Positions 1 through 11,699 of a DNA stretch of 64,000 nt are shown piece after piece (the stretch's first letter is position 1; each line of letters opens with the position of its first letter). Made by a program: the position numbers and the translations under genes. Origin of the DNA: Sphaeroforma arctica JP610. Lineage: Eukaryota. The DNA is taken from positions 5,493 to 69,492 of the forward strand of contig NW_014040269.1 of NCBI RefSeq assembly GCF_001186125.1, written 5' to 3'. Below the pieces are notes generated by a model that did no database searches, had not been told where the DNA came from, and saw nothing but the letters and a program-made list of their open reading frames with translations.

Positions 1-258
1 TTTATGCTCAACCTTGAGTGACTATATATATATATATATACATATATAAATATATATAAGAAAACTAAACTAGTTTATGCTCAACCTTGAGTGACCAATA
101 GTGTAAGACTAATTCGTAAAGTCCTTAGTCTTCCTTGGTAATAGGCCGGACTAAGAAAGTTTCAGGAATTATATGTCCTCATAATAAATATTATTTGGAC
201 CGTCGTAGCCCTAATATGGGTAATAACCTATGCTAAACCAGAACTGATGGAACCCAGT

Positions 259-656
259 CCCTAATACTAAGTGCAGGGCAGTAGACCTATGAATGTGGAC
301 AAGTGTCATAATTGTATGACCTGACCTCATTCAAATATCTGATATGTTAAAATGGAAAAAGTATTAAATAATAAAACCATTAAAAACAATTTTAGAAAAC
401 TTATGTTCCTCGTGCTATTACGAGCACATTTAGGAGACTTCAGTATTAAGAGTACATTTAGGAAACTTGAGTTCCTCGTACTATTAAGAGTACGTTTATA
501 ATTTGCGTACTGTTTAAGAGAACGTTTATAATTTGCGTACTGTTTAAGAGAACGTTTATAACAGAGTCTAATGTGGAGGCCCGGCTTATTGCACCCTAAT
601 ACTAGGTGCAGGGCAGTAGACCTATGAATGCGGACAAGTGTCATAATTGTATGACC
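259..656. repeat. 63-bp direct repeat (259-321 and 594-656)
   Basis: CCCTAATACTA(A/G)GTGCAGGGCAGTAGACCTATGAATG(T/C)GGACAAGTGTCATAATTGTATGACC occurs twice with 2 mismatches. Confidence 0.9.
304..593 (-). mobile_element. Solo LTR-like copy related to the 5' LTR of Gypsy element 1
   Basis: TG...CA termini (TGTCATAA...TTATTGCA). Shares AATAAAACCATT, AGTTCCTCG-ACTATTAAGAGTACGTTTA and AGTCTAATGTGGAGGCCCGGC with 10306-10517. Contains internal tandem expansions. Confidence 0.6.
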
Positions 657-1511
657 CGAAATAAGACAAGTGTCATATACCATACTAAACCAAGTTAAAT
701 AACAGTTGTTAAATTTAAAAAAAAACTACCCTAACTTTTTAATAAGAGTAGCGATGCATTGGTTGACCCAGAGGTACCTTAAAAAATCAATCTCATTGAT
801 AGATAGACAACTTAAATTCTTCATATTGACGAGTAATAAACATTCACTTAATCTCGTCTCGACCGGACTGTTGGTTCCAAATTATTTCATCTTGTACCAG
901 AATTGGGTCAATCTAGCCACACGTAAGCGTTATACAAGTCCATCCATACCTAACAGACCCTTCTGGCAATATAGCATGCCACTTTAATGGTTTATGGTGG
1001 AAAAAAAATCAACAAAAAAAATAAGCGTTTACGTTCAAAGTTTATCCTAAATATAGTCCTATGGGTTTACAAATAGGTACTTTTTTTTATTCATTTTGTC
1101 AGTTGTGAATAGTTTCAAATCGCCTTTTCATTAAAAAAAAAAAGTCAATTTCTCAGGTGCAAATTTGGAAAATTTTCATGGTCGATTTGCTCCCGATATA
1201 CTATAAAACGCTTAAAAAACAATTTTTTTGCGTTTACGTTTAGAGTTTATCGCATACAGGCAAACCGTATTGAGCTTAGCTGCAACTGGACTCGCAGATG
1301 CTCTGTCTCAGAATTTTTTTTTTTTGAATTTTTAGCTCCTTTATAATTTGAAAAAAAAAACATTTGTTAAAAAAAAAATACAAGTTTTTTTTGTAAATAA
1401 AACAACCCAAAGTAAAAACACAAATGAGACTGTGTACAAATTTAGAAGGATGTTTATGACAGTGTCCATTTTATATTTATTACGAAAGAGTTTGTCCGTC
1501 TAAAGACTTTA

Positions 1512-1954
1512 GGCCTAGTCTTAACGGATTCGGATTTATGTTCGGATTTATGTTCGGATTTTTTTTTTTGGGGTGAACCTGTCTTTTAACCGTATCCATG
1601 ATGAATTTTCGGACTATTTCTTTGAAATGGACAAAATTCGTTCACATACAATCCAATCACAAAGCTTGTGAAGTTGAACACAAATCCTAGAGATTCCAGT
1701 ACGTATTTAAACCGCAAAAGTGAGTTTACGTAGAATAAAATCCGAATCTCGTAAATCCGATCCGAACGTAAAATTTCTTTAAGGGGTGCGACGCCCTAGA
1801 AAGTTTGCCCTCGTTCGGATTTATGTTCGAGAAAAAAAAATCGGATTTGTTTTTGCTTTTTTTTTAAATTTTAAAATTAGCCACCATCCATTCGTGTACA
1901 GAAAATCCGAACATAAATTAGAACATAAATCCGAACCCGTTAAAAGACAGGGCC
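1512..1954. mobile_element. PIF/Harbinger (Tourist-like) MITE
   Basis: About 50-bp imperfect TIRs (GGCCTAGTCTTAACGGATTCGGATTTATGTTCGG... / ...CCGAACATAAATTAGAACATAAATCCGAACCCGTTAAAAGACAGGGCC). TTA on both flanks (1509-1511, 1955-1957). Non-coding. Confidence 0.8.
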
Positions 1955-2499
1955 TTAACTCGAGTCCAGTTTTCTATAAATAGAATTAATAGTAGTACAA
2001 TGCACGTATCAACGGTTTTGAACGATATTCTTTTTTTTAAACATATTTTAAACTATTTTTTATTTTTTCTATTTATTTTAAAATAATGACATTTTTAAAA
2101 TTAGATATGTACAGTATTTTACTAAAAATATACCTTTTGTATGGCCGCCTTCTGTTCCATTTTCACTTTTTCGACTCTGTCTATTAGCTCTACTGCAATA
2201 AACCAATAGCATCGCCATCTCACCCACTGAATTTTAGATGGAGTTCGGGCCGTCCCGGAATTAATAAGTCTTCTATAGCGAAGTACGCGCCAAAAATTAG
2301 CACCGCCAACTTGTTCTATGAAATTAAACAGGGTGATTTTATGAATGAATTTTGAGGAAATTAACGTTTCTTGTACCACATGATGGTAGTAAATATGAAA
2401 ATGCTGTTACTTAAATTCAAAAGAGTAGGACAGGAGCGCGCTTTTTTTGTAGGGATATTAAGACGGACCTATAATTTTCGTTGTAGTATTAGCAGTTGC

Positions 2500-2784
2500 A
2501 TAAAATATACGTAAACTGCTCATTTGACCTCATAACGTTAGTAAAGCTCATACATACGTTCAATTTTTCTGGGCAAAGTACTCAAGTGAATATAACGTTA
2601 AAAAATAACTGAAATATTTCGGATTTGACCTCATACCGTTTGACCTCATAACGTTACGACATAAAATATATGTAAATGCTAATTCGACCTCATAAAGTTA
2701 GTAAAGCTTATACATTACGTTCAATCTTTCTGGGCAAAGTTCTAAAGTTACAATAGACGTTAAACAATAACTGAAATATTTCGG
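2500..2784. repeat. Imperfect tandem duplication, period about 160 bp
   Basis: CATAAAATATA...GACCTCATAA-GTTAGTAAAGCT...CTGGGCAAAGT...AACTGAAATATTTCGG at about 2500-2622 and 2660-2784. Confidence 0.8.
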
Positions 2785-2809
2785 TACTTTAAATATGTTT
2801 ACTTGTTAA

Positions 2810-3130
2810 CTTGCCTGGCTGGGCTCAGGCTTATTGATCCGCTCCCCCCTCCAGTTCCCAAATCGTACTACTTTTTCACGTTTACGAAATGATTTTAAAC
2901 GTAATTGCATTTTGCGCTATGAGACCTGGAGCCCCCCTCATCTCTCCCCTACTCAGGGGCTTAGGCTCAGGGCTAGACGGAAGCCTCATAGCGTAAACGT
3001 ACTACGTTTGCACGTTTACTAAATGCTTTTGAACGTAATTGCTAGGATTGACTTGCCTGGCCAGGCTCAGGCTTATTGATAATATAACCTAAGAAGCGGG
3101 GGGAGGGGCAGGCTTAGGCTTATTGATAAT
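2810..3130. repeat. Mosaic of short direct and inverted repeats (possible MITE remnant)
   Basis: CTTGCCTGGC--GGCTCAGGCTTATTGAT at 2810 and 3052. CGTACTAC...CACGTTTAC-AAATG-TTTT-AACGTAATTGC at 2864 and 2998. Confidence 0.55.
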
Positions 3131-3699
3131 AATGCTATAAATACATCGCGGTGCCCATTGCCTATATATAATCATCTCAGTACTGTTTTCGCAGAAGGAA
3201 TTTTATTTAGTGTTTCGTTGCTGCTCTATTAGAAACTACGGTATGTTTCGTTGGGGCGAATCCGAGAGACTCATAAAATTATATCTTTAGAAGAAGAAAA
3301 ATACTCATTATGTCCATAGTTATTGCATTTTTTTGTCTGAAGGAACGGAAGTTAAACCTTACCCGCCGGGCCTCCACATTAGACTTAGTTTTTCATAGAG
3401 CGACAACGAAACACTAAATAAAATCCCTTCGGCGAAAACAGTACTGAGAGGATTATATATAGGCAATGTCTCAGCCTCACAATCTCTCAGAGTATTGCTG
3501 TTTTCACAAGGTATACCTAACTTTACTAAAAAGCGTTTTTTTATTTCGAATTTAACTATACTTAGACTTAACCTTAGCGTTTGATTACTCTAAGACGTTA
3601 ATATCGCCTTGATAGACCGAATCTTACACATTTTAAAGTTAACAAAGATATTAATTACTTAGACTACCTATACGTATATGTAGATAACTACCACGAAAT

Positions 3700-6600
3700 A
3701 GGGTTTACGGGTTTTAGGTTTTTATCTTGATTATCGAAAGCATCTGAAGTCAACTGAGCGATTGTACCGGCTATAAAGCGTGTACGGTGGTATGTATATC
3801 CTCTCTTATCCGTTCTCCATATAATGTCTTTAAACTCAGAACGATTAAGAGGGGCATTAGAGTCGTGTCTTCTTGCGAGAATAATCTAAGTAGTCGGAAT
3901 ACAACTAGTGCCTATGTTTAAAGCACTGGAACCGTCGGGTGTATTAACGTCAGCTACAGAGATTATATATGGTCCTATCCATTTAGATGTTTATACAGTA
4001 GCATCGGAATTACGTTGACGGATGTTAACTCTGTCTCTAACCCGATACTCTGCTATCTTTTTGGTAGCGTTCCATTTATTTTGCCTTTTTAATAAGGAAA
4101 TATTGCGTGATTCTCGCAAGCAAGGATATACAACGTTATAAATACATTGTACCTTCTCTAACCATGGTAACTCATGGTGATTAGGTTCGTCCTTGTTAAA
4201 AGGTATTTTTAACTCACTATATCTGCCACGAAAATAGGGAGCGGATGTTGTACCTGTAACCGGATCAGCACACTCGTCCATCTGTGTTTGTACCCACTTA
4301 AGGTGGTACGGTCAATCATCTGCATCATCCGTTAATGCAGTACGTAAGAAGAACTTAAGTCTTCTATGGCGCGTTTCATTCGCGCCCTGTGTTTGCGGTT
4401 TATATGGTACACCCCTTTTATGGCATATGCCTGATACGAGTACTAACGATTCCATTCCGTCATCGCAGAACTCGCTACCGTCATCAGTGCACATTATACC
4501 TGGCCACCTGTGGTCAGCAAAGACTTGGCAGTATAATTCTGCCACGGTCTGCGTACTCTTGTCCTTTAAAGGATAGAGCAAGTTATACCATGACGCCACA
4601 TCAAAGAAGTGGCATACGTAACGATCGCCTGTGTGCTCGGACGTGGGCAAGTCAACCAGATCAATGATGACCCTGCGCCATGGAACATCTTCAGTCACAC
4701 TCTTAAGCGGTGCGAACCCATAGCGCTTAATCTGGTTGAGATCACAGTCTGTACATGACTGATATACTCTGTCAACAAAAGTTGCCAGCTTAGGGTGCGC
4801 GATCCCATTTCGCTTAGCATCTTTAAGTGCATATACTACGTTCTGGTGCTTCAGCTTTTGGTTTTGCGTCAGCCAAGCAAGAATATTTTCATCATTGTAC
4901 TCCTCCAGAATAAAGGTAGGGTGTTGAGAATCCACTTGCGTGGTCTCTAAGTCTGTAGTGTTTCCAGACTCCTATCCTTCTTTCGCATGAGTGTCATAAG
5001 TGCGCTCGTGTGCGTTTGATACACCTGACCTATTTAATAGTCGCATTATATGTGTATATGCTTCGGGATTATCTTTCATTAATTCCTTTAAAAATAGGGT
5101 TTGAAAGACTTCGGTCTTGGACTTTATGTTATTAAACAGAGTCCTAGCTAGAGACTGACGCTTCTTAACATTAGTGTCATTAGTAGATTGTATTTCTTGT
5201 GCACAGACTTCAAGTGCTGTGTTGCCTTTGAACTGCTTAACGCTCAATTTAGTAGAGAGTGGAATATCTGATTATTTGACCTTGTTAAGGAAGGTCTCAG
5301 AAGGGGTCCATTTGGTTGTTCCAATGGGACCTATACGACATATTATAGTATGTCTCCCGGGCGTCTTCTGGACGGCTCGGGTACCATGATATAGGAAAGT
5401 ATCTACTTCCCTATTTAAATATTTTGGCTCCCATTGTATCATGCTTATTAATGTATTGAGCCATGAATCTTTACTCCGTAATGGGCAACACAACGTGATG
5501 GTAGCTTTGTGTATATGAACATAATTTAGTATTTGGGCAATTAACTGCCATGGTGGATTAGCCCTCGCATTATGTTCGGAAAGGTCTAGTTCCAAGGCAT
5601 CTCCTAAAGGATGATTTAAAGTCCTGTAATTCTTAAGTTGTGCATTATGATGTGCAACAAACATGTCAACTGTATGTGGCCCAAATATCTTTTGAGCCAG
5701 TTCAAACCACCTGGGGTTACATTTCCAAGCAGTGGCTAGTAACTCACGTACGGATTTATTAAAGTCCGGTACAAAGCGTGATAACATATCCGGTAAATGG
5801 TTATGTATCCCTGGTAGATGTTTGATATCAAAATGAAACTTTGATATTGTATCCTGCCATCGGCTCAGTAATTGAGAGTCTGGCTTCATTTCCTTCATAT
5901 ATTGAAAGGACTTCTGATCACACATCAGCGTAAAAGCTGTTCCGTATAAGTAATCGCGGAAGTGTGCTAAAGCTGCTACTATGGCTAGTAGCTCATGCTT
6001 CACAGTTGAATAATTCAACTGTGATGCATTCATTGATCGGCTAAAGAATTGTATATACCTAGGTTTATTAACTATAACCTGGTATAGTACACCTCCGAGT
6101 GCTAAGTCTCATGCGTCCGTTGCTATTTCAAAAGGCACGCCATCGACTGGTCCTTGTACAACAGGGGCTTGTTGGACTGCGTGCTTGAGCGCTTTAAATG
6201 CGTCATCAAACTCTTTAGTCCACAAGTCTCCTAGTTTGCCTTTATGACATCTTAAGTGTCCAAAGGGTTTAAGATAATCAGCCAAGTGTGGTACTCCATC
6301 TGAAAAGAAGTTTACAAACCCACACATGCTGTTCACATCTCTTCCTGTTGTTGTTGTTCGCCAATCTAACAAGTGTTCCACCTTACCGGGGTCGATTTTA
6401 ATACCTTCCCCAGATATACGGTAGCCTAAGAGCTGTATTTCGCTCATGGCGAAGTGACATTTCTTCTCGTTAATCTTGGTTTTGTTCGTTGAGTCTCTTA
6501 AGGACTCGCCTGACTAATGTGGCATGTTCGCCCTTAGTCTTAGAAAAGATGACTATGTCATCTATATAGACTTGCACGCTAGGTATGTATGCAAGCATTT

Positions 6601-7575
6601 CCTCCATTACTTGTTGGAAGAATACTGGTAAGGAGTGCAACCTGAAAGGTGCACCTCTAAACCTGTATTGTTTACCTTTCCAGGTAAAACTAAAGTGCTT
6701 ACGATGGGGCTCATAAATTTACATTTGATGATACCCCTGTGTTAGGTCTATGGATATAAACACCGTAGCACCTTCCATTCGTCTCAGTAACTCGTTTATA
6801 CGAGGGATATGGATACTATGAGTAGGCAATAACTTATTTATTGGACTCATATCTAGACATACTCTGGCTTTCTTAAATGTTCCGTCAAAGTTGTGTTGAT
6901 CAACTGCCAATAATGCTAACTTAACTGGCGTTTGTTGGTAAGTGATTTCGATTACCCCATCGGATAACCATTCCTCAACTTGTTCTTTAACTACAGCTTC
7001 GTGTCTCCAAGAAACATAGTTTCTTGAAGGGCATTTGGGCTTAGTAAAGTCTACCTTGGTTGAGTCAAGGCTGACATATTCGTCGTTAAAACGGAATTTT
7101 GCCCAATCTGTGATCTTTATCTTCTTATTTACTAGAATCAGATCCATGATTTTGTCCGCAAAGTCAGTTATTAATGCCTTGACTGTGTCTGACGGGGGCT
7201 TATATGGTTTCAGGCAGTTATCGTCTGATTGATCCTTTAATGGATCTATGTTATTTGGTAACCCAGTTACGGTTATACCCAGAGTGAGTAAGTCACTCAT
7301 TCCGACTATTAAGTCGTACTTCTGTGATATCTTAACTATCACAGCTTGGGTAGTGATATATCTAGCATCGGCCAGGGAGATTTTAACATATGTGGCCATT
7401 GTATCACACTTAGAAGTTTTGTCATCTGCTAAGATTAGGTGAGTAGTTTGAGTTCGCCTTTCAATGTCTTTCATTAATGCAAAGCGGTCGGATATACATG
7501 AAATTTCTGAACCAGGATCAATCAATGCAAGGACTTTATTTCCATTGCAATATACAGGGATTATTACACGCTCGT
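3700..7575 (-). pseudogene. pol of Gypsy element 1
   Basis: ORF fragments 6719-7525 (PR/RT), 6109-6447 (RT/RH), 5272-6033 (RH plus MTase), 4312-4935 (INT core), 3991-4281. A degenerate chromo-like tail (FKDIIWRTDKRGYTYHRTRF...TSDAFDNQD) runs to about 3720. Confidence 0.9.
5330..5727 (-). CDS. Dam-type N6-adenine DNA methyltransferase domain within pol of element 1
   Basis: Uninterrupted and in frame with RNase H: WKCNPRWF...FGPHTVDMFVAHHNAQLKNY...GDALELDLS...ANPPWQLIAQIL...ATITLCCP...W. NPPW at 5548-5559. Confidence 0.85.
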
Positions 7576-9843
7576 CTAAAGAGTCGTTCTATTTCCTTTG
7601 TAACGATTGTACCTGAAAGTACTTTCACTCCAACTTAATGTCGGGCTTTTGTCACAAGACTTGGCGTGATAGCCATTGGTCTTCTCACACTTGTCACACT
7701 TAGTAAGAAAGTGTGTACATGTGGATGCATGTCTGCCATTCCAATAACCGTTAGGGGTCAATTGGTACATATCATACCCACACTATGCGTCGGCACATTT
7801 CTTAATCTCCTTAAATGGAGGTTCCTTGTCCTTCGCCTCCGCGCGTGCCCGTTTATTGGGCCGCGTTGATTGAGTGGAGTCGCGAGCACGTGTCTGGTTA
7901 GGACGCGTCTGATGAGGTTTCTCATATGACGTCTGGCGTGAGAGATATCCTTGATCAGTGAGCTCGCGCGGTTTCTTATGTACCGCCTTCCCCTTCGAGG
8001 CTACTCGCGTGTGCGGGAAAAAAGGTGGATACAGTATCAAAAAACTGTTCCCACGTAAGTCGGGATAGATGAAACTTTGTTTCATGTCCCTTGTCTCGAG
8101 CTTCAGTGGCGTATTTACGTCGCAACTCGGTGTACAGACTTTCACGGTCGTTGTTCCCTATGTTCTTACAGAAAACATGCATACCAGGAACTCGTACCAT
8201 CGCTGCGCATTGTCTTATCAAATTTCAGAATATAACTCTGAATAGGAGTATTCTCAACTGGTTCAGTTAAGATTGAACTCAATCCTGGACTTCGCATGTC
8301 CTTGCTTAATAAGAACGTAACCAACCAACACATAGCTGGCCAGTCACGACAAGTGTCGAGCTCATGCTGGTGTTGCTGCAGGATCAAATAACTTGTTCCT
8401 GTAGGGTCAAACGACTGCATTAAAGCAGAAATCCATTGCTGGGGAGCGATATCATTCGTCTCCAGCATGACCGTAAACGCATTAAGCGTACGGGTTAGCG
8501 TGTCGAGGTCATGGTTGTTTATAAACTCGACTTGCTTGCTGTTGGCATCCCAGTTCGACTTAAGTAGACTGATCTGTCCTTTGTACTTCTGGTTATCCCG
8601 GTGGTCTTGCCCACGTTGGGCCTGAAGTAGCTGATCGATGCGCTTCTGCTTGATCGCGATCATATTAACAAAATATGATACGTCATCAGCACGGTGCTCG
8701 GCATGGGCGATTTCCATCTTAATGGTGTAATCGTCGACCGACTTATTAAGTTCGGTCACCTCGTCAGAGTGAAAATCCTCTGCGGGCTGGTGTAATGCTG
8801 TGCGATCGATTAAATTCGACATCGTTAACACGTTTACGGGAGTGTTTATTACCCCTTGTAAAGTCTATGGTCGAGGCCTTTCGGTGCTCTGTTCCTTGGA
8901 TAGTAGTTGGTATTATAATCTTGAGTGATTCATGCGTCTGGATAACATATCCAGTCTTAACTGGTTTCCGACGATTGTCATCCCAGTTGGGTAAAGGTGG
9001 CGGAGTATTTTTACCTGCCTCTAGGTCTATAATACCCTCAAGGACGGGCGACTCGTGGCCGGGCGTTAGAACAGGCGAATAATTAGCCTGGAGTTCTGGT
9101 GGTAGTACCTCATAAGGTATAGATAAGCTGAGCACATCTGGCTCATCTGCCACAGGTGTAGCGCTCAGGCCTTTACGCTTTTCGGGCGTAATTGCCAGTC
9201 GACGTTCTGTTCACTTCTGTAAGGCTTCAGTAATGCCCGGAGAAACATGCTCGCGTAAGTGCTGTGTATGTTTTCCTGATCTATACATTCGATCTACATG
9301 TTCAACAGTCATGCCTTCCATAAAGGCGGCTAACTGATTCTTAAGATCAGTGTTTTCAGTAATTAACTTACCTATGCGCGTTGATTCAGTGGTCTCGGAC
9401 GTAGATTCGGGTTTGCCACTTGAGCTTGCCTCCTCTTCTGGTTCCGGTATAGGTACCTTCTGAGATTCGTCTTTGTCCCATATAATTGGGGACTTTTCTT
9501 TCTGAGTTTCGTCAGAAGAGTTGGTTGGGGCGTCTTGAGACGTATCGCTTGCCTCACTTCTTGGCTTCGTAAATGCAAGCTTTGAAGTTGAGGCAATAGT
9601 TGGCCCTCGGGCTCTATCTGTAGGAGTAGTTTTAATCGGAGTGGCTACATCCTCATCCGAGGCATTGTCTTGACTATTATTGTCGGAGACAAGTGCTTCG
9701 GCTACGGTGCGGTTAAACGCATCGGCAGCAGCTGCGGTTGCTTCTGCGGCAGCGGTAGCTGTTGCAGCGATAGCAACTTTTCTTTCCATCATTTTACGTT
9801 CGGCCTTGCGTTTCTTTGCAGGCGTATTGTCTTTCTTTGTCAT
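7576..9843 (-). pseudogene. gag-like region of Gypsy element 1
   Basis: Fragmented ORFs 9211-9843, 8764-9153, 8166-8831, 7783-8221 and 7576-7770 lie upstream of the protease. C-terminal Cys/His motifs (CDKCEKTNGYHAKSC). Confidence 0.7.
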
Positions 9844-10305
9844 AATCTTAACTTATGACATCAGTCTTATTCTCTTAAGGAATGACTGTGCTTAAGAAAA
9901 AATTCGTGGTAGTTATCTACCTTTACTTTTAAGTAGTCTAAATAATGAATACCTTTGCTAAATTTGAAATGTGAAGTTTCGGTCTATCAAGGCGATATTA
10001 ACGCCTTAGAGTAATTAAACGCTTAGGTTAAGTCTAAGTATAGTTGAATTCGAAATAAATAGACGAAATGAGGTATTAAAGTTAGGTATGCCTCGTGAAA
10101 ACCGCAATACTCTGAGGGATTGTGAGGCTGAGACATTGCCTATATATAATTCTCTTAGTACTTTTTTCGCCGAAGGGATTTTATTTAATGTTTCGTTGTC
10201 GCTCTATTAGAAACTACGGTATGTTTCGTTGGGGCGAATCCGAGAGACTCAAAAAATCCTATCTTTAGAAAAAAAGAAAAGAAGACTAACCAATAACTTG
10301 CCACT

Positions 10306-10517
10306 TGTCAAGAATTACCGACTTAGCCTTCATCAGACTGGCACATCTGGTTGGCTAAACGGAGGATAAACTAAGCAACGCTAATAGAATGCATTAATTA
10401 ATAAAACCATTTTGGAAACTTAAGTTCCTCGCACTATTAAGAGTACGTTTAGAGTTTACGTACTGCTTAAGAGTACGTTTATAACATTGAGTCTAATGTG
10501 GAGGCCCGGCTATTACA
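10306..10517 (-). repeat. 5' LTR of Gypsy element 1 with adjacent PBS-like site (10290-10303)
   Basis: Minus strand reads TGTAATAG...CTTGACA, a 2-nt spacer, then TGGCAAGTTATTGG. Homologous to 304-593. Confidence 0.7.
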
Positions 10518-11572
10518 CTGATAGTACGATCAAATGGATTGAGAGGCTGAAGAATGATCGTTTCTGTAAGGAGCAGACTGGTCAACCAAATCTACATATA
10601 CTTCCTGCTTTATTTGAATGGCTAAACAAAGACAACACACTCGGCGACATGTCTATGTGGAATCAGTAAATGCGACAGAAATGTATACAGATCGGTATTC
10701 TCGAGGACTGTGCACTAATTGATAGTATGGACGACTCAGATGATGTCCTATTACGATCAGGGGAAAGAATAGAAGTAAGTTATCGACATGGCATCGGTTT
10801 ATAATATTCATATGTGTTTTCCGAAAGTCCCGCAATAACCCGGGGAGTATAGGGTGATATTTTGACGTAACTGGGGATATAGCAAAGTATGTATATATTA
10901 CATTCGTCATAGCAATCAGTTATGTATTCTAACATAGACTGCCTTTTCCTACAACCAAGCAAACAGCCAAATATACGCCTGAGTGCACTCGTATTGCACT
11001 CCATTTGAACAATGATGTGGGAATACTTATTGGTGATGCTGCAGAGTGTAGGATGGAGAAAGCGGGCTGTGACGTGACTGCACAAAATGTGTGTTATAAC
11101 GATTACAAATCATTTCCAACGTTGAAGTTTATCGTTATATTCGAGGGTGGAATATACATCGTAGACATTGCAAAATCATTCACTGGATCTTCTACCGATA
11201 CTGGTATGCACAACTCAGAGAACTATGGACTGCGTATGGTAAATTGTGATGGCAGTACAAAGATTGCATATATGTTCGATAAGGGGTCGATAGATCGCTA
11301 CGAGCTGGATAAACTTGGCATATGCGTGTGTACACCTAGAAAAAATGATTGGTCAATATGCGTTTAGTGAGGAACGGTCACAGGCAGACCGTGATATAGC
11401 GCGCGAGAGAATTACTATCGAACGCAACATGGAGGAGTTACGCAATTATGCCGGTTTCGGGGGTCTGAATAAAACATTGTCTGAGATAGATATAGCTGAC
11501 CATGAAGCGCAGGTGGCACGAGGATTGGTGAACTTGGATGCACCAATCACAGATTGGTGGATGCCAAAATAA
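10518..11572 (+). pseudogene. ISL2EU/Harbinger-type DDE transposase (DDE_Tnp_4-like), 5' part interrupted by the LTR
   Basis: LIGDAAECRMEK...QNVCYNDYKSFPTLKFIV...FTGSSTD...YMFDKG...CTP, then (frameshift) QYAFSEE...DIARERITIERNMEELRNY. Upstream HTH-like region (KLSTWHRFIIF...). Confidence 0.8.
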
Positions 11573-11699
11573 GAGCAGGGTGAAGACTTAGTGGATTCGG
11601 ATATAACATTTGATGGAATAGATTTTGATGTTTCAGACGAAAGTGATAACGACTTAGATGTAGTTAAATGTTAAATAAAGCTTTTATTGATAATTTATT

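Larger units (their letters stand above)
3156..10517 (-). mobile_element. Ty3/Gypsy LTR retrotransposon 1 (degenerate): gag-PR-RT-RH-Dam MTase-INT-chromodomain-like
   Basis: Protease LIDPGSEISCI, RT (DLTQGYHQ; YIDD near 6560), RNase H (EIATDA, ELLAIV, HLPGIHNHLPDMLSR), integrase (IDLVD, TDDGSEF, PYKPQTQGANE), KWIGPY at 3970-3985 and a 5' LTR. Many stops and frameshifts. Confidence 0.92.

Noticed and set aside
7560..7600. Programmed gag-pol ribosomal frameshift
   Set aside because: There is a frame change but no convincing slippery heptamer, and the copy has many random frameshifts.
3156..10517. Calling element 1 a DIRS element because of its MTase and inverted repeats
   Set aside because: It has an aspartic protease, a DDE integrase with GPY, and a TG...CA LTR. 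No tyrosine recombinase lies within it; the only YR in the window is the separate Crypton.
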